A stretch of 63,710 nt of DNA, filler included, from Nemertoderma westbladi (Eukaryota; Animalia; Xenacoelomorpha), in NCBI GenBank assembly GCA_032718475.1. It is 3 parts of 3 records of this genome, joined end to end, with 100 filler letters (N's around TTAATTAATTAA, not from the genome) between each part and the next. Parts side by side here need not be neighbours in the genome. Positions count along the whole stretch, not along the records: positions 36,335 to 63,710 come from JAUCBJ010007301.1; 2 more parts are not named here. One strand, written 5' to 3'. Under the pieces are notes generated by a model. The model saw nothing but the letters and a program-made list of their open reading frames with translations, was not told the DNA's origin and ran no database searches. The position numbers and the translations under genes are program-made. The first letter of the stretch is position 1; each line of letters opens with the position of its first letter. Of this stretch, positions 36,335 to 49,988 are shown piece after piece.

Positions 36335-39016
36335 ATGCCAGTTTCGATTGCCCTTTTAATCACGATTTGGAAAGCGTGGATGAAATGATCACACTACGTT
36401 ACATTAGAGCTTGGGAAGCGAAGGCTGATTTACATCGTGATTCGCGCCATCGCTATTATCCTGGACGCGCTTACGAAGGAATTTATGCGTTCCATCCTTA
36501 TCTATTCGCTTCTGTCGAACAGAAATCACGCATATCGAGTTACAGGAAGTATATCGACGGCCTTACGAATACCGAGCCCGTGAACGCGAGTTGGAAAGGA
36601 CCATTAAACCCCGGAGGTTTCTAGCTGCCTATAGTCCACCCACGGCCCTCGTTCAGACCACTCGTAAAGGACCCGTAAGAGCGGCTGTCTTGAAACGAGC
36701 TCTCAAAGCCGTTAGACCCCTCTCCCCGGACGTTGATGTCAATCAACCCGGTACTTCGACCGGCGGATATACCGATCGCAATCCCATACCTTCTGATGCA
36801 ATCATATTGCACCCTTCACCCAGGAGTTATAGCCCTCCTCGTAAAGTGGCTCGCCCCAAAGAGAAAAGGACTCTTGCTAGCTTTAAAAAACTGCGTAAAC
36901 GCTGTCCGCGCAAGAAAGACTAACTGTTTAGAGTATTTTTATATTTTAGAAACTGTGATTTTGTATATTTTATAGACTTAAATCCCATTTTCTGGGAGCG
37001 GTGTAAAAGCTTCTGTGGGATATAACTGGCCCCTTTTGCTTCGCAATCCAGTTTCCCCCCAGGCGCTGGAATACTCTAAAAAGGTTCTCTAACTGTATAT
37101 ATATTCCCCTCGCCCGCAAGGTACCGTTACAGGTGTTTTAACGGACATAAAAATCATTCTGCTATATACGTGTTTTGGCGGACATGGTAAGGCAAAAAGC
37201 CTGTAATGCACCAACTACCTTTCACAGCTTAGCCGTGATGATTCATATTACGACATCTAACAGCTGGTTGCTGACATGGAAACATCCATTGGACGCATAA
37301 TTCTTTGTTTGGCTTGAGCCAATCAGAGCGTTTTTTCCTGTCGACGTGTAGCTTTTCGGCCGATCATAAGGAGAGTGTTCAGTCTTACTGCTTTTACTTG
37401 ATACTTTGTTGTTATTGCTGTCTAAGCCAGAAACACCGGCTTTTTGGGAAGAACTCTAGTAAACTGCTTAAATTATCGAAAGTATAAACTGTTACCCTAA
37501 CTACTCATTAACTCATCTAACTAACTACCGATCAATTTAATCAATCTTAACTGCATTAATCATATTGTTTTTACTGTTATTTTACCGTCAGTTATTAATT
37601 GTACCTATTTGTTGATGGAAATATTGCTATTTGGATAATACGGATAAATCACCCAATTCCCAATTTTCTTGATAACACTACAGGTTAGAGAGACCGGCTA
37701 TACATAACAATTGCGATTTATATTAATGTGGTGTGTATTGAATCCAATGTTATTTAGCAGACCCTACGTGAGTCAATTACTGCTCTCTTTATGTGTGATC
37801 AAATGTACTGACTGTCGGCAGAATAGTGTGTATGATCGTGATTGGTAACAAAGTATTTCCTAAAGAATACGCTTTATACTTTAATCATAAGCAGTATCGT
37901 TGCGTTTTAGTATAAGTCTTAGTTCTGTTTAAATAGATAAAGCGCCACGTCCTAAAGGAACTGTTAATATTTCCCGAAAGCCAATAATATCTGTCAGAGA
38001 TTAATTATTAACGATCTATCGAATAATACATTAGGTATACACTGCAACCTTACACTGTAATAATACAATTCAAGCATCCGAATTCAGTCTCCCGGGTGTA
38101 GATCCATCGGGTGAATGATCGCGCATGGGCTGACTTCGGCTAATGTTTTGCGTATTAGCATAAATTATTGTCGTATGCTAAAGTGGTTTTAATTAACTAA
38201 AAGACATATAAATTTTGGCAGGTTAAACTGCTAAAGGTCTTCAAAAGCGCGAACAATAATTGCAATTGCTATAAATACAGTATATAGAAAGTGATAATTC
38301 AAATTTCCCTCTCAGCTATTTTTGGCCCAAACGGCAAGATAAAAAAACATACCATTACAACTTTTGGCCCAAACGGCAAGATAAAAAAACATACCATTAT
38401 AACTTTTTAATATAATATGTTTTTTTTATTTTTGGCCCAAACGGCGCCCCATAGATTCCAAATCAGAAAACCGTTTAACCAAAAGTGGCAAAGACATTAT
38501 CAAAATACTACTGTAATGTACAAATTTTGAGACGTAAATCGCTATAATTCTAATTCTAATTTAATATTTAATATTAATTCTAATTTTTGTCTTTATTCTA
38601 GAATATTAATTATTATTAAGCTGAAAACTCTACATATTGTTTCTTCTTGAAAATACACTTCTTACACGCATTTTCTTTTCTGCTTTCATCAATAATCAAA
38701 TAATAAATATCAAATACATGACGCAATGTTCGTTAGTTAGTTCTAATTATCTCCTTAATTCTGGAGTATTTGTATATTAACAGAAATAATAATAATTTGT
38801 ATGAGTAATGTAAATAATCAATCGCCATTACATTCATATCGGAATATTAAATTAAATGCATGGGTAGCTAGCAATTTATGTAATGTTATAATTGTATTGT
38901 ATGACTTCCTTGATCAGCGGATTGAGGGGGGTGAGCTGAGCAGGCCTGGTATTACGATGGCCTTGGTAATGACCCTATTACGTATCTATTCAAACAAAAT
39001 GTTATAGGATATGATG

Positions 39017-39553
39017 GGCCCGTATGCATAAAACACTTACGACTGTCGTAATCCTCCCATCGTCGTATGTCAGCAGATACGACTATCGTAAACAAAAACG
39101 ATATTCATAAAAATTGTCAGACCCTTTGATTGTAAACTTACGATTCATTTCGATCGTAAATTTAAGGGTGCTCTCTATCGAGTATTAAAGTTACGATCTG
39201 CCCCAGTTTACATTGAACTCAATTTTTATTGACTAAAAGGTAGTATAGATACTGTTACTAAGGCTACCTATAAAAAAATACAACAGTCGTGAATTATATT
39301 GTAATAATAAGGAACATAATAGGAATCTCAGATTTTCGCAGTATTGTTTACAGAGTTGCCCAGCAACACTCTAAAATAGCATCGTAAAAATAGCATCGTA
39401 ACTAAATTACGATAATCGGAAGCACGATTAATCGTAAACAGTTTTATGCATACCAATATACGATAATCGTGGCTACGATAGTCGTAATCCAACTTACAAT
39501 TAATTTAGAGTTACGACAGACGTAAATTTACAACTGTTTTATGCATACGGGCC
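39017..39553. mobile_element. MITE, PIF/Harbinger-like
   Basis: TIR ggcccgtatgcataaaaca / tgttttatgcatacgggcc, flanked by atgatg on both sides; internal ttacga/tcgtaa repeats. Confidence 0.8.
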
Positions 39554-40007
39554 ATGATGTATTTTTTAAGGCAAGAGTTCCGTATAGCACTACATTTTTA
39601 AAACATAAATCATTGTTACTATGGCAACGTTGAAGAGTTGTAGAACAAAAGAAAAGTACGCACAGGTATCCCAGTTAAAACGGTGCTAGCATATTGCCAG
39701 CAACGTCTGCATCATTTGTGCTAACATTTTGCAACAATTGGCGTAAAAGTTGAGCAACTTTTACGGGAACTTTTTGACGCGTTTACACGGAGCAACTTGA
39801 TCGGCAATCTGGGTTGCTCTACAGGTTGCCGAGAAAGTTGCTCTAAAAGTTGCCACTAAGGTTAAGAATATTAAATCTAGACCCCAGCATTATGTTAACA
39901 TTCTGCAACAAATATTGACTTGAAACAGCCGCCCCAAATCACTCGGAAAACCATACACTTTGCAAGTTTTGCAATGTTCTCAAGTCGAGAATAAATAGCT
40001 TAAGGGG

Positions 40008-40038
<31 letters not shown>

Positions 40039-40223
40039 ACTGGCTTGCTAGTCAGCATTTAAACAGTTTGAAATGCATACTTCTCCTAAAAGCGAATAAG
40101 TGGAAATAATGTGTAAGATACATTTGGGTGGAATATTGAATCCTAATATTAAATTGAATTGTAATAAAACAAAAGTGTCAATAAATTTGAAACATACTGC
40201 ATTATGTAAACTTCTTAAAATTC

Positions 40224-40520
40224 TTAACTCCATGTCCGACAATTCTGACTGTTATTAACTCCATGTCCGACAATTCTGACTGTTATGAACTCCATGTCCG
40301 ACAATTCTGACTGTTATTAACTCCATGTCCGACAATTCTGACTGTTATTAACTCCATCCGACAATTCTGACTGTTATTAACTCCATGTCCGACAATTCTG
40401 ACTGTTATTAACTCCATATCCGACAATTCTGACTGTTATTAACTCCATGTCCTACAATTCTGACTGTTATTAACTCCATGTCCGTCCGACAATTCTGACA
40501 GTTTACTCCATGTCCGACAA
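40224..40520. repeat. 31-bp minisatellite, ~9 copies
   Basis: Unit actccatgtccgacaattctgactgttatta. Confidence 0.93.
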
Positions 40521-40717
40521 TACAGATAAATCTCCACCAGCTTCTTCAATAACTGACAACGTAAAAGGCTACTATAGTGTTGTGTCTTGCATCTGAAAAT
40601 AAAGCAAATTAGGTAAAAAAAATATAGGACTATATTCGTATTGCTCATGCTCAATATTATTTAGTACACTACTAAACCGAGGCATTGGTTTTATTAGGCC
40701 TACTAAAATAGTTTTAG

Positions 40718-41166
40718 AAAGTGTCTTTTGCGAAATATCACCATACGCATAATGGCCATTCTTCACATTAGTCATAACTTCCGTTGCAAGGATTCCAATT
40801 ATAAGAATACCTGAATTTCGTTAAGAAACAGCTGAGATATACAGTAGGCGTTCAAATATTGCAAGAATTATTGTTTGCTGACAGCGGAATACCTATCCAA
40901 TACATCTATTGTGTAGCTATACATACATAAACAAAATGTTCCAGAATATTGTGTACTTATTAAATAGAATAAAAGGCCTTCAGCGAACAATATTTCTTGC
41001 AATCTTTGAACGCCTATATCTCAGCTGCTTCTCAACGAAATTCAAACATTGTTACATAAACGACTCCTTGCAACTTCATTACTTGCTTTCTATTGATAGG
41101 AGCAAATTATAACTAAATGTGAAGAATGGCAATGATACAGATGGGCAATTTCGCAAAGGGCACTTT
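40718..41166. mobile_element. Degenerate palindromic MITE
   Basis: The arm 40718-40881 (…attcttcacatt…cagctgagatat…ttgcaagaa…) is an imperfect reverse complement of 40980-41166. Confidence 0.65.
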
Positions 41167-42147
41167 TTTAAAACGCATATAAAATTTTTTTAAAGCAAAA
41201 TATAAAATTCTGGGTTCATGGGGACATCAACGGTGAGTTGAACTTGTTGTGTTTCAAATTTTAAGCAATATGATAAAGATTTGTAGAAAAATCTTGGTCC
41301 GTGTCATCAGAAAATGACACTATTATGGGTCACGTTGTAAATCAACATTTAAATCAACATTTAAATAAATAATTAATTAATACATATGCCAGATCTGGAA
41401 AATCCACAAAATTAATTAAAATTATTTTATTTATTTGTACACATATACATATATACGTAAAATACGCATATATACGTATACATATAATACACATACGTTA
41501 TTTGAACGCACCTTAATTGATGTAGTTATTATTAGCTTAATAAAAATCACCAAAACCTCGCATTAAATCCAATAGAACGGGAATGTTCTCTGAGCACGAG
41601 AGCTTTTTCGAATTACTCCGCCCTAATTTACTAGAGTTAGCCGCCGCATTCACACCAATAATGGTATCTTTCAATCATAGTTTGTATTGATTGTAAATAG
41701 ATTTCGAAACGCTAGGATCGATTTTGTTGACGGAGGTCAAACATGCCAATTCTTCAAACACGTGGGGACATTTGGCAGAGAGAATAGGGATATTTGGCAT
41801 CCTAATTTAAATACCATGTTCTAAATACATTTACAGCCTAATTTGCAATATTTATTGCAGTAACTATCAGCATACAAGCACCATTTACATTATTATGTTA
41901 ATCTTCTCCAAGTTTAACTTGAAGGTTTATTTTTCGCGTAATTCAAGGAATTCCCCAGGCCGTTGATGGTTCCTTTCCGTTGCTGTTTGCCGTAGGCTGG
42001 GGTTGGTGTGTGGGGAGTGTCCATGTTCAACTGGACTCTTATTAAATTCGTAGCATAGAAAAAATAATTTAGGATGAGGGGGGGGGGGGGGGGGGGGGGG
42101 TGTTCACCTAGATTGTTGTTACATTCGTAGAATAGAATAACTAATTT

Positions 42148-42410
42148 GAATGAATGGGAGAATCTTTTAGGCTCGTTAAGCCAAGGAATGCCTGTTCACC
42201 ACCATGGGTGATCTTCCACAGTAAACCCTTCCACTCTGTTTCCCAAGTTGCCTTGGTTCCCATTTATCGACCACTGAAGGATGAAAGCCGGGGTTGGGCT
42301 AGGCTGCAGCATTTAAAGCACTGTGCCAAAACAGTGCTGCCCCATCTAGGGATCGGACCCGGGCTCCCTAATCGGAAGCACAGTAATGTCACCACTAGAC
42401 CAAGCTGCTG
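42148..42410 (-). mobile_element. tRNA-derived SINE with Deu/Nin-like central domain
   Basis: Minus strand: A box TGGTCTAGTGG, TCC anticodon region, B-box-like GGTCCGATCCC, then gctttcatccttcagtggtcgataaatgggaacc. A related head fragment lies at ~7345-7400. Confidence 0.7.
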
Positions 42411-43358
42411 CTTAACTAATTTAGATATAATAGAATAACTAATTTACTATGACTATAATATGATAAAATATAATATAATAGGGGAGGGGGGGGGGGGGGG
42501 GGGGTGTTCAACTGGACTTCTTACTGGATTCTAACTGGATTCTAACAGAGTTGTGGCCCAAAACCTAATTAAACATGCCATGCAACCCTAATTCAGAATA
42601 AAGTAGGCCCTAACTAATTATCCCATACAACCTATGGCTGTATGGTACCACGGCACCGGTACTGCCTGACTGCGGTAGCTGTAGCAGTGTAGGTAGGCCT
42701 ACAACAGTTTGAGGAAATTTTTAAGACAGTTAGAAAGTTTTTAATGATCTGGCTGTCAGCCACTTACTGCTGTACTGAATGGTGAACAGTACCTGCAATA
42801 ACTAAACAAAAAAAATCTAACGGTGAGGCCTACAGGCTGACAGGTTTCTGGCAGTCTGGGCTACTTCAACACTTTGCAGGGTGATTAGGTGTTAGGGGTA
42901 CCGGTAGCTAATACTGCACTGCAGTGAAATGTCAGTACAACTGGACACCAATAGGCTACTGGCAGACTGTAATGATTATTATATTGAAATGTCCCAACCT
43001 GGGAAACTTTGATAAATATGAAAAATAGATAGGCCTATACAAGATTATTGTAAAGACAATCTGTCAACTTTAACATAATACCAAATAATTGACGATGATT
43101 TTCATATATCCAAAAGGAATACGAATTCAGGAAGACGACATTCAGGAAGTCCCTCATTCAGGAACAGGACATTCAGGAACATTCCTGGGAGACTTTAATG
43201 CAAGTCTGCATCAATCACCTACATCGCCCTGGGCAGCTGGGTCTATAGCAATAGTGTTAACCGAAATTCTGTCCATCTTCAGGATTTTATCTCTGGAAAT
43301 GGATTGTTTTCGGCTGGAACCCAGTTCAAGAAGCGAACTGGAAAGCTATGGACTCATA

Positions 43359-45396
43359 GGGTAAGGTACCCCAATTCCGGACATTGCAAATTCCGGACAA
43401 CCTACTCAAATTCCGGACAAACCACTTATTCAACACAAATTTGTACCACGAAAATTAAGAATTCTGCGGTTTTTCTGTAACGTGTCTGTCTGTCTGTACT
43501 CTGTACTGCATTGCATTACTTTTATTACTGAATTGATTAGTAGATTAGGCCTAAATGTGTAAAGGGCCCTCAGAATAGGCGATAGTCAGTTACATAAGAC
43601 CTGACTTTTGCTATACAGCTATTGCTATACTATCGTAATACTGTAATATAATACAGTAATAGGCCTATTTGAATTTGCTCTAATCTGCTAATTATTTTAT
43701 ACTATAATTGCTCTAATTTTCTCGATTTATAATATCTGATTAACCCTACACAATAGTCAATAGGCCTACCTACAGTCTACATGAATAAATAAATAATTGT
43801 AAATATGCCTAGGTTTTGTTCAAAGTTTTGTCAGCAACTTTTTGGTTGTCTAGCTGGTGTCTATTATCTTTACAGGTAGTAGTAAACGAAACTAGTTGAC
43901 CGTACCAAATGCTTGAGTTGGCCATTTAACATTTTTTAAATTCCATCAACATTTTCCCAATTTTTTAGTTAGTGATATAAATCCTTTTAATCATTATTAC
44001 AGCATGTACCTGTGTTATCTTGTATCTGTGGTATCTGAGATTTATATAATATATTGAATTATTATCAACTCATCATCATTTTACAGTGATTGATAGTTAT
44101 ACTGCATAGAAATGGCTAGACAGAAAAACGAACAGACAGACAAACGAACAGACAGACAAATGACAGGTTTGTTTACAAATTATTGACATTCTGAGTCTGA
44201 CATTAACGAATTGTGTTTGCTTAGAAATTCAACTGCATAGAAATTTAATAGAAATGATAAATATAATTTAATAGAAAATAGAAATTATACAGCATAGAAA
44301 TGGCTAGACAGAAAAACGAACAGACAGACAAACGAACAGACAGACAAATGACAGGTTGGTTTACAAATTATTGACATTCTGACATTAACAAATTGTGTTT
44401 GCTTAGAATTTCAACTGCATAGAAATTTAATAGAAATGATAAATATAATTTAATAGAAAATAGAAATTATACAGCATAGAAATGGCTAGACAGAAAAACG
44501 AACAGACAGACAAACGAACAGACAGACAAATGACAGGTTGGTTTACAAATTATTGACATTCTGACATTAACAAATTGTGTTTGCTTAGAATTTCAACTGC
44601 ATAGAAATTTAATAGAAATGATAAATATAATTTAATAGAAAATAGAAATTATACAGCATAGAAATGGCTAGACAGAAAAACGAACAGACAGACAAACGAA
44701 CAGACAGACAAATGACAGGTTGGTTTACAAATTATTGACATTCTGACATTAACAAATTGTGTTTGCTTAGAATTTCAACTGCATAGAAATTTAATAGAAA
44801 TGATAAATATAATTTAATAGAAAATAGAAATTATACAGCATAGAAATGGCTAGACAGAAAAACGAACAGACAGACAAACGAACAGACAGACAAATGACAG
44901 GTTGGTTTACAAATTATTGACATTAACGAATTGTGCTTGCTTAGAAATTCAAAACAAAAAAAAGTTGTGCAAATCGGAAAATTGTATGAATTCTGACTTT
45001 CATGAACTAGTGTTTTTAAGTGGTGGAAAGACAGACAAACAAACAGGTAGACAAGTGAACAGACCCCCTGGCAGCATGGTGATACATGTATTCGGGTTTT
45101 AGGCACCTTTCTATAATGTAAACTATAGATTTGTATAGCAAACAGACATAGGCAGAGACAAATTTATACTCTGTCCGGAAATTGGGCACCTGCCCAAATA
45201 CCGGACAACCCAATCTTGTAAAAAAAAGTGCCCATTTGCGCCCATTAGATGGCGCTGGGCACTCAATGTTAAGATTTTATTTTGATGTAGGATAATGTCC
45301 TGTACTGTTAGAATCATCTTTTGATTGGAATAAACTATGGTTGAGCTACAATAAAGGAAAAATCGAAATTCTGTCCGGAATTGGGGTACCCTACCC
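43359..45396. mobile_element. Non-autonomous Tc1/mariner (pogo-like) element
   Basis: TIR gggta(a/g)ggtaccccaattccggaca at both ends; TA TSD (43357-58, 45397-98). It splits the RTE endonuclease frame. Confidence 0.85.
44104..44950. repeat. 182-bp tandem repeat, ~4.6 copies, inside MITE
   Basis: gcatagaaatggctagacag starts at 44104, 44292, 44474, 44656 and 44838. Confidence 0.92.
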
Positions 45397-47645
45397 TACA
45401 AGTCCCAGATAGACCATATTCTGTTTCGTAGGAAATACAGGAGCTCTATACAAGACTGTAATGCATTTACACTTCGACCCTTCTCCAGTGATCACCGCCT
45501 TGTTGTGGCCAAGGTAAGACTTAGTCTGCGTGCTAGCAGAACAACGAAATCTGCCTTGCCGCGGCATGACTGGTCCTCTCTGTCAGTCTGTTGCAACAGC
45601 CAAGTGTGAGATCCAGCTTCACACTACAGCTGAGCAACAGGTATGAGGCTCTTGCCTCTGAGGCGGCAGATCACTGTGAGGGCTATACTGCCTTTACAGA
45701 AGCAGTTCAGTTAGCAGCTGCAGAAACAGTTCCTGTATACCCTCGAAACAGGAAAAGGGCCCCCTGGACTGACAACAAAATTCAGAAGTGCCGAAATGAC
45801 CTTCATAAGGCGCAGAAAGAGTCCCGACTCAAACAGACTACAGCGGCCAAGAATGCAGTTAAGGCTGCATCTAGGTCCCTGAACAGGCAGTACTCTGTTA
45901 ATCTACAGGAGCTAATAAACCAACAGGTTGATGCCATCAATGATGCTGACGACAGCAGGCAATCATCCCAGGCATGGAAATCAATCAATCTGCTTACTGG
46001 GCGGAAAAGCCAACCAACCACCAAGGTTAAGGCTGAATCACCAGCCGATCGCCTCAATGGTTGGAAAGCCCACTTTGAAAAGCTCCTCAATAATGACAGG
46101 GTATTGCCTGATAACTTTATAGAAGTAAAAGTGTCTGAAAAAAAAGGCCTTTGATTCAGTCTCTCGCTCACGTATGTTCAGCATACTTTCATTATATGGG
46201 ATTCCTGATGAAATTATTGCAGCAATCAGATCAGTATACGATGGTTCGACAACATTTGTGTCTACTGTTGACGGTGACACAGAACCATTTGAAGTGTTAT
46301 GGGGCGTCCTCCAAGGAGACACACTTGCACCATTCTTGTTCATTATTGTGGTTGACTATGTTCTACGCATGTCCTTAGATCATCATAATGATGATGGGGT
46401 GATGATAACTCCACCTACTGGCTCCAGAAGTCAAGGAAATCCTGCCAAGTACCTAACTGATCTAGACTTTGCTGATGACTTAGGAGTACTCTCAGAATCA
46501 TTAGAGGGAGCCCAACGGCTCCTCAGCTCATTAGAACATGCTGCTTCTAGTGTTGGTCTTTTTATTAACTCCAGAAAGACCAAAATTCTGACTGTTAACT
46601 TTGAAAGTCCTCAGCAAGTCTCTGGTCGGATGAGCATAAGCTCAAAGGATGGTATGCTTGAGCATGTGGACGACTTCTGTTACCTGGGATCATGGATCCG
46701 GAAGTCAGGTGAGGACCTTCGAATACGTAAGGGAAAGGCATGGACAGCCTTGAATAGGCTTTCCAGGATTTGGAAATCACCGAGAATTAATCGGAAACTT
46801 AAGGTCCGATTATTTAGAGCAGCAGTAGTTCCAGTACTCCTCTACGGGAGTCCATGCTGGGCTCTAACTGCTGAGGACACCAAATCTCTGGATGGCACAT
46901 TCACAAGAATGCTACGCCGGGTTCATTGTGTCAAGTACAATGCACACATCTCCAACCAGACACTATATAACATTGGAGGTGTCTCATTGGTTCCCCCAAG
47001 CTTGACACTAGAACAAAATCGCCTCCGCTTTGCAGGACATTGCTTTCGCCGTGAGGACCAGCCAGTGCATAATCTTGTACTTTGGCAGCCTCATGGAGTG
47101 AATAAGCATGGTGGACAGCCCATGACTTTCTTGAGACGCATCTTAAAGGACACTGGCCTTAAAGATGCGGATGATCTAGCAAATGTCATGGGTGATAGGG
47201 CTGTAGGGAGTTGTGGCGGTGCAATTTTGTTGACAAGCCGGCACAGCATTCTTAAAAATGCAGCTGCAATGCAGCATGCCGATCCTAGTAGTAAGTCCCT
47301 CTAAAGGCATGCATGCCAAATCTCCCCCCACGTGCCAAATCTCCCTAGTCTCCCCTACGTCCATTGACCAAATTGCGGCAAATGAAAATTTATAGAACTC
47401 TCCCCATATCAAAATACCGTACTGAAATGTAAAAAAATCGTGCCCCCCCAATCACCGCCCCCAGTTAACTCGATGGCATGGCCTTGTATATAGCAGTATA
47501 GTACGCCTTGGTCGTGATAGCCATAAACGTTGTGGCATGTGGGGTGAGTCAATAAACTGCGAGCCATCAGCGAACTATTACAGTATTATAATTATACTCT
47601 GGCCGTTTTCCAAAAGTCTGTATGTGTCAGTGTGTGTGTCGGGAG

Positions 47646-49882
47646 TAGGGTTCAACAGAAGGCACTTTACAGGGCCGAACCGAACCGAACCGAAGCAGGG
47701 CCAACTTCGGGCCGAACCGAACCGAATCCGAACCGAAGTTCAGAAAGTTAGCAAGTAATGGTCATAAATTCGTATTTACGTCACTATACTGGCTGACTGG
47801 CAGTGGCAGACTGGTATGGTACCTATTTGGTCTGCGGACTTAGCGAGAAAGCTATGACTGTATGATTAATTAAAAAACGGACTTTGCGAGAAAGCTATGA
47901 TTAATTAAAAAAATAAATACTACAAAATAAAATGGCAATATTTACATTACTGTACATTACTAACCTAAACTACTGTATACTTACTGTATGCATGCACTTA
48001 CTGTATGCACCACATTTTCACCCATAGTAAGCCGTACAGTAGTGACGTCAAATTTAGAAAACCTCACTAAAAGTACAGGTAGTCTTTGTAATACTATTTA
48101 TATGAGGTAGTTGGTATATTTGGTATTATGTAGCAAAGTTATGATTAATTAAAAAATAGGGTATATACTACAAAGTAAAATGGCAATATTTAGCCTCACC
48201 TAAACTACTGTATAATTAAGCTAATTTTCAAAATACCCAAGTAACCTGGAAAAATTAAAAAAAAAGCCACTTAAATGGAAGTTCAGTCCAAAATTAAGGG
48301 TGTAAACGTTAAGCAGACAGTGGTGCAGACTGCAGACACCTGGTGCGGCCAGTGGTGCAGCGTGCAGACAGTGGTGTAGACATTAGTGCAGACAGTGGTG
48401 CAGACACTGGTGCAGACAGTGGTGCAGACACTGGTGCAGACACCTGATGCGGACAGTGGTGCAGACACTGGTGCAGACACTGGTGCAGACAGTGGTGCAG
48501 ACAGTGGTGCAGACAGTGGTGCAAACACTGGTGCTGACAGTGGTGCGGTGCAGACACCTGGTGAAAATACTGAAATACCAGATTACCACGAAACATAATA
48601 CCACCAGGGCACCAGGCACTATTATATTATATTTTATCATAGACTTTATTATCTACAAATATGCGAGTAACTACTGAAAGGTTCTACATGAAGTAGGGAG
48701 GACGTATGTAGTACAAGTCGGGGTGCGTGCGGGTGAATGTGCCCTGATTACAAATAATTATAAGAAGTGTGTACGAAAGTAATTAATCGGTATTCTCGTT
48801 TTCATATAAACAATAATATCTATAAATTGTAAGCAGCAATGTCTCCAAGGAATGAGGTTTAAGTGACAGTGTTTGATTGTTTATACATGACTCACTTTAT
48901 ACAGAGTATGTTTAATTTGTTTACCTTTACTGGAGCCACTGCTTATTACTGTCAGACTGTATAATAAAACGAGCTCATTAAGTTATTGTCTCATGCTGGG
49001 GATATACATTCACTAACTACAGTAAGGTCTCAGTAATTCTTAGCCCGCGAGTATTCTTAGCCTGCGAGTATTCTTGGCCAGTTGGCCCTTGGGTATTCTT
49101 AGCCCGCAAAACAATAACGTTTATTGTTTTGGTTCCCCCAATACTCCTCTGAAACCTGCTCCTTTACTAACCTGCTCGCCCCTTTACTGTCTGCACCAGT
49201 GTCTGTACCACTGTCTGCACCAGTGTTTGCACCACTGTCTCTGCACCAGTGTCTGCACCACTGTCTGCACCAGTGTCTGCACCACTGTTTGCACCAGGTG
49301 TCGCACCACTGTCTGATCCACTGTCTGCAGCAGTGTCTGCACCACTGTCTGCACCAGTATCTGCACCAATGTCTGCACCAGGTGTCTGTACCACTGTCTG
49401 CACCAGTGTCTGCACCACTGTCTGCACCAGGTGTCTGCACCACTGTCTGCACCAGTGTCTGCACCACTGTCTGCGCCGCTGTCTACACCACTGTCTGCAC
49501 CACTGTCTGCACCACTGTCTGCACCACTGTCTGCACCAATGTCTGCACCACTGTCTGGGTCTGCACCACTGCTGCACCAGTGAGTGCACCACTGTCTGCA
49601 CCCGGTGTCTGCACCACTGTCTGAACCATTGTCTGTACCACTGTCTGCTCTGTACCAGTGTCTGCTTAACGTTTACACCCCAAAATTAATTAGTACAACG
49701 ATGGACAGATTGATTAGTCTTACTGTCTTCTGGTCTTAGCTCAATCAGTCAATGTAATACTTGGAATATTTAGCAAAGTTTGCTCCGGGCTTCTGCAGTA
49801 TCAATTGCAGAAGCCGAACCGAACCGAAATTGCCAAACTTCGGCCCGAACCGAACCGAAGCCGAAGCTTCTGTTGAGCCCTA
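47646..49882. mobile_element. Non-autonomous hAT element
   Basis: TIR taggg(t/c)tcaacagaag, perfect 8-bp TSD gtcgggag, subterminal CCGAA repeats. Confidence 0.92.
48298..49680. mobile_element. Mutator-like foldback element nested in the hAT element
   Basis: TIR gggtgtaaacgttaagcagaca, perfect 9-bp TSD caaaattaa; arms built of 12-bp ggtgcagaca(c/g)t repeats in inverted orientation. Confidence 0.88.
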
Positions 49883-49988
49883 GTCGGGAGCCATAATATT
49901 GTCGGAAGCCAATATCAGAATAGGCCTATATAACTAGCCATAGTATAATTATAATTGTTCGCACGATGGCTTGCAGCTTTTGCTGCAC

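Larger units (their letters stand above)
43180..47295 (+). mobile_element. RTE-clade LINE, degenerate, interrupted by a MITE and internally deleted
   Basis: LGDFNA…FKKRTGKLWT|…QIDHILF…SDHRLV; deletion near 46145; KAFDS, GVLQGDTLAPFLF, FADD, YLGSWI, RLRFAGHC; (TAG)n tail. Confidence 0.9.

Noticed and set aside
42340-42410. tRNA-Gly gene
   Set aside because: No acceptor-stem pairing, an altered B box, and it continues into a SINE body.
48283-49689. His/Cys-rich (CLHH)n and (GADT)n ORFs as metal-binding or antifreeze proteins
   Set aside because: Translations of 12-bp TIR sub-repeats bounded by a TSD.
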